DNA of 64,000 nucleotides from positions 12,214,001 through 12,278,000 of the forward strand of contig CM022676.1 of assembly GCA_012295275.1 (NCBI GenBank), given 5' to 3'. The position numbers and the translations under genes are program-made. The stretch comes from Chrysomallon squamiferum. Lineage: Eukaryota > Animalia > Mollusca. Below are positions 57,067 to 64,000 of the stretch, one piece after another (positions within the stretch are counted from its first letter, which is position 1; each line of letters opens with the position of its first letter). Below the pieces are notes generated by a model that had not been told where the DNA came from, ran no database searches, and saw nothing but the letters and a program-made list of their open reading frames with translations.

Positions 57067-60000
57067 ATGGGTGTACAGATAAACTGCGTTTTCATTCTTT
57101 CTGTGTTTGTCATGTTGCTGACAACTTCTGAAGGTAATGTAATTAAACATTTCTAAACCTTATTGAAAATAAAATTAATTTCATAACGAAATGTATGAGT
57201 AATAGTTAATTATTTAAGTAACAAAATACAATCATTTGCACACTAGGACTATTTAAGATATATAAAGCATGAGTACAATTTTTAAACAACATCAAGTGTT
57301 TTATAAAGGAAATAATGACATTTGGCTAAAATATGTCACTTGGAAATCTGCACTCAAATATTCTAGAATTATACCCAGAAAATTCTATACTGGGTCAGAG
57401 CCAAATCTCTTTCTCTAATTGAGTACATATGTACAAAAAGTGGCTCAGGATTGAATATTCAAACAGCAGAAAAATCATCTAAAACATGACAACTTACAGC
57501 TGCATTCCTGTTTGAAATTATCGAAAAACGGCAGTTTGCATATTCTAGAGAATGTGATTGTTGTACCAATCCTATTTTTGAATACAGATTATAACAATGG
57601 GTCGAACTAGTAAAATATTAACAAAAAGATGTTTATACTATTACACTCCCATAATATTTACTTTATGTATTTTTTTTAATTTTTTTAATTTATTAATATT
57701 ATTATTAATATTAATCAATATTTATCTCCCACAAAAACAAACACATCATGCCACAACTAACTTAACAGATCTGTACTAATATAAAGTATGGTATATTAAA
57801 TGTACAAGACAAATTCCGAGATCATATAACGAAAACTGTTAATTTGTATTATTTTTTTTTCTTTAATAGTATTTCCTTTCTTTCAGTGTCTTCATCTTTG
57901 GAGACGGTATTATTGTTATGTTTTTGTTAATGTTGTTTATTTATTTATTTATTTTATTGATTTCTGAGATCTCATTTTTTCTAACATACGGGTCACAACT
58001 TATGCGCGTAAACCGTTCGCGGTTCTGCGAAAACTCCAGCTAATTACCTTATTACCCTTCCTTTTTATTTCTACTGTGAAAGGGTATAAAAATGAGTGAA
58101 AAAGTGGGATCAAATAAGAAACCAAAAACATATCACTTGTATTGGGGATCGGAGCAGGAATTTTTTTCCACAATGTTAAATTCGAAATAAGTTTGTGTGG
58201 TGTGTCAATTTAAGATCTTTTGGACTGTTCGGAAAGAAAGTACAACACTAACTACTCTCCGAAAAGTGAGCTAAGGGAGATAATAGGAAGATACAAAAAG
58301 TATAGCTGTCTGGACAACAGTCATTTTTCTCACACCTGACTTCAACATCGAAGACAGCCACCGAAGAATCCTTCAGCGTGATTCATTCCATCATCGACCA
58401 CAGCAAGCCTTACAGGATAGAGAGATGATAAGAAAAGCATTTGTTGAAGCAGCTGACTCATTGTTTCAGGAGAAACCGGAAATATTATTTTTAATCATAG
58501 CTCTCGAACTATCAAGAAGCACAGTTACATGATAAATACATACAGACACAGTCTTTTTGATTTCATTTATTAAAATCTAGCTCCAGTTCACAAAATTGCA
58601 AAAGACTTTCAAAGTCTATTGGATTTGTTAAACATTTGCTTTCACATTTGATTGGCATGGTCACCAAGGAAACCTTTCTAAACTTAAAAAAAACACGTAA
58701 GTGGATACAGCTACAGTATTCCTGGTTTCAGTGTTACACAAAGAATTTTCATAACAACAACAAAAACAAATTTTAGTTGTTTTTTTATTTTACACAGGTG
58801 CAATACAAATGAATCTTACAGGTGGAAAAGCTTTCAAAAAACGCCCTCTCAACCTCACCTGTGAGGTAGTAAGTGGCTCAGTGAGTGGTGCTCTAGAGTT
58901 TAGCAATCCTCAACAATTCGTTGTTGTCCAGTGTGATAACTCATTTGACATAAACAACTGTGACATACAGATCACAGGCTATTCAGTTATTGCATCCACC
59001 AGTAACACATACACATTATCTGTTGCAAGCTTCGATCCCAAACTTGATGAAGGAACTTGGACATGTACCGATGCAGCTGCTGATACGATTGCTGCCAGAT
59101 TAAATGTTACATTGTCAGGTCAGTTTAGGCATTGTTGTCTTTCGTAGTTTGTTATCATTCTCATAATGCATTATAGCAGAAGATAAAAAACCTTTTAATT
59201 TATTATTGTTTTTGGATACTCACAATTTTTGTGCTGTAAATGTACTGAATTAATGTTACTGAAGACTTTTAAACTGCATGTTTCACTTGTAGGTAGATGC
59301 TTGGCTTAGTGGTATATAATGTGTACCTGTAACTGTGTGAAAGAATTGTCCAAAGATACATCTTTATATCAGTTACGTACAAATTGCGACTGGTTTTTCT
59401 TTATGATGCTTGTAATTTCTATAGCTCCCTATTTCAAATAGTTTAAAGATATGTACTGTATACAAATATATTATTAATTATTATAAAACAGTCCAATAGT
59501 TCCTTTCTTTAGAAGCCCCTCAAATGAGTAGCAGTGTATTGACACTTTCCGAATCCCAATCCTTTTCAAGCGATGTAGCACTTAGATCAGCGGACAGCAT
59601 TTCTGAAAATTATTATTCCACTGCTAAAGTGGACTGTCATACTAATTTGGATTTGTGTTCTGTTCCATGTAATCTTTGACTTCAATAACCTGCTAGGCTC
59701 CTTAATGGTTTTTACTAAAAGCTTTAGTGAGTTTAGGTCCAAAACGGATGAACATGCTTTATTCCAAACCTTATCTAAGTTAAATTCACTTCAGTATGAA
59801 TATTCATACATAGTGGACCAACCAAAAAGCAGTTTCGAGAAGCCTATGAAACTCGACAAAATATTTACTTACAAATAAATCTGTATTTATGTCTCTCAGT
59901 CACATCCAGTATAAAGATTAATTGTTTTGTAAATAAGAAATTTGAGATTTTTCAACAAATTTAAAGACGTAGTTTTCTATTTTTGAGTCAGAAGCAGTAT

Positions 60001-60503
60001 ATAGACTGATATCATTAAAAAATCAGATAATTAATGTCACAGAGTAGAGAAATTTGTGATTTTCTAAATTAATTTTTAAGCAAATTAACTTTCGTCATTT
60101 TCTGTTTATTTTAGAAGCAGCATTAACAAGCGGAAGTGATATTGAATCTTTGCCTATATTTCTTCTTATAATCACGTAATATTTTATTTATTTTTATTTT
60201 TGTTTTATTTTTTGTTGATGAATTTAGCATTGCTTTTGTGTTGTTTTATATCTGTGTTTGAATACATAAACTGATTTAAATAAATACATTAATGTATATA
60301 TATTATTGTGTTTGTGCATATATTATATATGTGTGTGTTTGTAAGGTTCTACCTGACCTATCTCTGTCTTTGTTTATGTCTGTCAAAGATCGTCGTGTTT
60401 TTCTATTCTTAATTGTACTTGAAAGTTTCAGCTGCTGACTTTATTTCTTATTTTATCTTTCTTCAGATTTATCAGCTTTTTAGTAATGACTGGTTTAATG
60501 TAG
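57067..60503 (+). CDS. Type-C single Ig-like-domain protein with GPI-signal-like tail (gene C2)
   Basis: Exons 57067-57133 (MGVQINCVFILSVFVMLLTTSE), 58798-59118 (LNLTC..VQCDNS..NC..TYTLSV..DEGTWTC), 60115-60175 (EAALTSGSDIESLPIFLLII), 60467-60503 (TFISFLVMTGLM*). Confidence 0.86.
58092..58530 (+). mobile_element. Fossil hAT-Charlie/SPIN-like (GTF2IRD2/EPM2AIP1-type) transposase fragment in intron 1 of C2
   Basis: Frameshifted translation gives KKPKTYH, PKSELR, LSGQQSFF, KTATEESFSV.H, EMIRKAFVEAADSLF and LELSRSTVT, typical of the N-terminal half of these transposases. Confidence 0.7.
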
Positions 60504-60939
60504 ATCTACACACAGCTGACAGACGATGATGGAGACGTATGAAATGGTTACAAAAAATTAAATTTTGTTCTTGTTTCTTTGGGTTTCTTTAACAAAGTGA
60601 ATAGTTCTTTGGATTATCGATTCATCTCAGGGCTTTCCCAGCTTAAATTGATAAGGAAGTATTCCTGCAAACATTTCCTTCATCAATCAGATTTTAAAGA
60701 AAAATAAGATGTGTTCAGGATATTGAAACTAGCGTCTATTAAAAAGGAATTCATCGGATGTCTTTGTTCTTTCTATTTTCTAATATCTGAAATGCATTTT
60801 TCTTTTTGTTTCACCGTTAATCTGTTAATCTTAGTGAACCAGTTATCAAATATTCCAGTTATCAGACATACTATTGTAATAGAAAAGTAAACAATAAAAT
60901 TTACAAACGACATAAACAGTGGAACTCGTAAAAAAACAC

Positions 60940-60993
<54 letters not shown>

Positions 60994-61781
60994 CAAAGTG
61001 TCAACACTAACCATTTATAACCATTTGTATATCAAACAAGAAAAAAAAATTCGTAATAGCAGATGGAAAAAAGAAAGAAAGAAATAAGAAAAAAGAAAGA
61101 AAAAAAGGAATGATGCAATAAGTGAAGCTTTAAATACTGATTAAAGTGAAACTGTTAATTCTTCACATACGGATATGTGTGTCTGTGTGTGTCTGTGTGT
61201 GCGTGTCTCTCTCTCTCTCTCTCAATCTCTCTCTCTATATATGCAGAAATATAGTCATAGATACGTGTGTGTATGTCAGTATTTGAATTTGTTAGTAGTA
61301 GTAGCATAACTAATAATAATAATAATAATTAAATAAAAATGTTTTATGATTTAATTAACATGTACTGTGTTCAAAGATGAAACATAATTCTAGCTTCTAA
61401 ATGTACAAGTTTTTATTTCTGTGATGCAGTCAAGTTTACTCGAAAGATATCGCAAATCAGACTATTCCTTTCGGTAATTCTAATGTTAATATTACTGCTT
61501 CGAAACTTTCCTTATTCTAACCAGAATTTTACAAAGACGCACATTATTTGCTAAATTATTTATAAAGAAAAAACCCACTATAATGATTATACAAGTAACA
61601 ATAATGCATGCTTTTCTCTAGATAACAAACATTTTATCACTGCTGAGAAATAAAATAATAATAAATATACAACAGTTTTACATTCCACTTTCAAACACAA
61701 TCCACTCTTTTAGTGTTTTGTAATCATATTCTATAACCAAGGTAAAATTAACAACTAGCAGACACAATAACCTCAATTAGA

Positions 61782-61821
<40 letters not shown>

Positions 61822-61915
61822 CGTTGACAGCAGTTATTCTGACATTTTCACACAATATATAATTAAGGTAATCTAAGGAAAAGTTATACAATTTCTTCTC
61901 GAAATAATTTTAACA

Positions 61916-61967
<52 letters not shown>

Positions 61968-61982
61968 CAAAAAAAACAATAA

Positions 61983-62232
61983 TCATAATAATAATGAATA
62001 CAAAGCCCACCACAGAAACAAATATATATAATTTAGTTTGTTTAAGTGTTTGATACTTCTGATCACTAAAGTGTTGATAAACCTGAAGAAAAATAAAATA
62101 AAAATAAAAGAGCATGAAATGAAACAGAAGTACAAGTAATAACAGATAAAGAACAGTTACAAAGAGATTTAGCCAGCAACACAGATATATATATATACTC
62201 ACACACACATACATACATATAGAAGAACATAT

Positions 62233-62291
<59 letters not shown>

Positions 62292-63865
62292 CATGAACAC
62301 AAATTCAAGAGTAGATAAACTAGAAAAAAATCTCAATTAGAAGATTCCTTACATGAATATAAAATGAAACATATCTGAAGATAAAGAATCACTTCCACTT
62401 ATTTCTTCTAAAATACAGAAAATGTAGAGAACTATAATTATGTTCAATTTATTGAAATAATAATTTTACAAAAACACAAATTGTTTCATCTATGTCATTA
62501 ATTAAATGAATTCACAAAGTTATTAATTTATATACAGCTTACGACTCAAACATAAACAGAAATTTCTCTTCAGTAAAATACAGGCATGTGGAAAATGCTT
62601 ATTCGTTTTTATTAAGCGTATTAATATTTATACTGCAGTGGAAATTAGGATATAATTTACATAACTCAGCACTTATAAATAAATATTGTCAAAATCACCG
62701 TACAAATTTACAACGTTTATTCACATCACACTAGTACCTAAAACAAACGTAAATTAATGTGGTCAGGATCTACTACAGCAAGTTTCGCAGCTTTATCCTA
62801 AAATGCAATTGCAAACATATCTAGTTTATTAATGGATGCAAAAATAGTAAATGTTTTGCAGGTCCTAAATGTCATTAAAAAAACCCCTATATTTATGTTT
62901 TACAAAATACTGCACTTGAAAACCAAATAAACCATCTTTCAGACTTCAGAGGTCTGCTAAAACGTGGAGTTTACAAAACATAAATATGCCTGGAATCATG
63001 TTGAATGTCTGAACTATCAAATTGTGTGCGAAATAGCTTGAACTCGCACAGTTTAATGGTTAAGCTCATGGATACAGCATTTTGTGGGCTCTATTTAAAA
63101 ATATTTCAAAAAGCTGCCACACAACAATAAAATTAATTATTTGCCAGGAAACAAATCCAAATCAGTATCACTGTCTACTTCAGTAGTGGAATAATAATTT
63201 CAGAAACTGCTGTCTGCGTCAACGTTAAGAAGGTGTCTGCTGATCTAAGGGACATTCAAAACTAATTGGGATTCATATTAATAGCTGCACATAATGATTC
63301 AAAGATTTGTGTTAGAGAACTCATTCAACATTTTAAAAGAGACATCATTTCTACTGCACTTGCTATTTAACACTTAGGCAAGGATCTGCCTGGGAGTGAA
63401 ATATGCAGTTTAAATGTATACATAAACATTAACCAACTGCATTTACTATATAAATAGTGTGAACATCCTTAGAAAATAAGAAAGTATTTTTGGCTGTAAG
63501 ACTTTGTGTAAATTGTAACAGAAACTATGAAAGGCAAAACTGACCTGATAACAGAACATTTACTGAGCCTTTAATTGTATCAGGAGCGAAATCGGAACAC
63601 CCCCAAGTTCCCTCATCATGTTCAGGATTGAAGCTATGAATAGATAGTGTGTATGTTTTACTGGTGGATGCAGTAACTGAATATCCTTTGATCTGTGTAT
63701 CACAGCTGCTGATATCAAATGATTTATCACACTGAACAACAGCGAGTTGTTGAGGATTGGTAAACTCTAGAGCACCACTCACTGAGCCACTTACTACTTC
63801 ACAAGTGAGGCTGAGAGGACGTTTTCTGAAAGCTTTTCCACCTGTAAGTTTCATTTGTGTTACAC
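61983..63865 (-). CDS. Type-C single Ig-like-domain gene (C3), inverted paralog of C2; signal exon lies beyond the window
   Basis: Minus-strand exons 63865-63545 (321 nt, same as the C2 Ig exon), 62407-62353 (EEISGSDSLSSDMFHFIF), 62082-61983 (extended C-terminus). Confidence 0.82.
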
Positions 63866-64000
63866 CTGTAACAAATAAAAAACAAATAAAATTTGTTTTA
63901 TTGTTGTAATTAAAATTCTTTGTGTAACACTGAAACCAGGAATACTGTAGCTACTTGTGTCTTTTTATTACGTTTAGAAAGGTTTCCTTAGTAACCATAC

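Overview
AT-rich, microsatellite-laden, intron-containing animal DNA, probably a mollusc such as a gastropod (inference from gene types, not proven). Most ORF-track entries are microsatellite noise; the real genes were rebuilt by hand from GT-AG sites. Contents: (1) a 5-exon secreted PAN/Apple + fibrinogen-domain gene; (2) a 14-exon NDUFS2 gene on the minus strand, whose last intron holds 19 tandem copies of its own exon-13/splice-donor junction; (3) on both sides of NDUFS2, a cluster of small genes encoding a signal peptide, one or two 4-Cys Ig-like domains and a short hydrophobic (GPI-signal-like) tail. The cluster has about 8 genes plus a pseudogene in three subtypes (A, B, C). A and B genes form three head-to-head pairs with a TGACGTCA site between them. 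The cluster grew by direct and inverted duplication, with a conversion-like tract, leftover internal signal-peptide exons and almost purely non-synonymous divergence of Ig exons (21 of 22 differing codons in one pair). It is the best candidate for an undescribed diversified recognition system.
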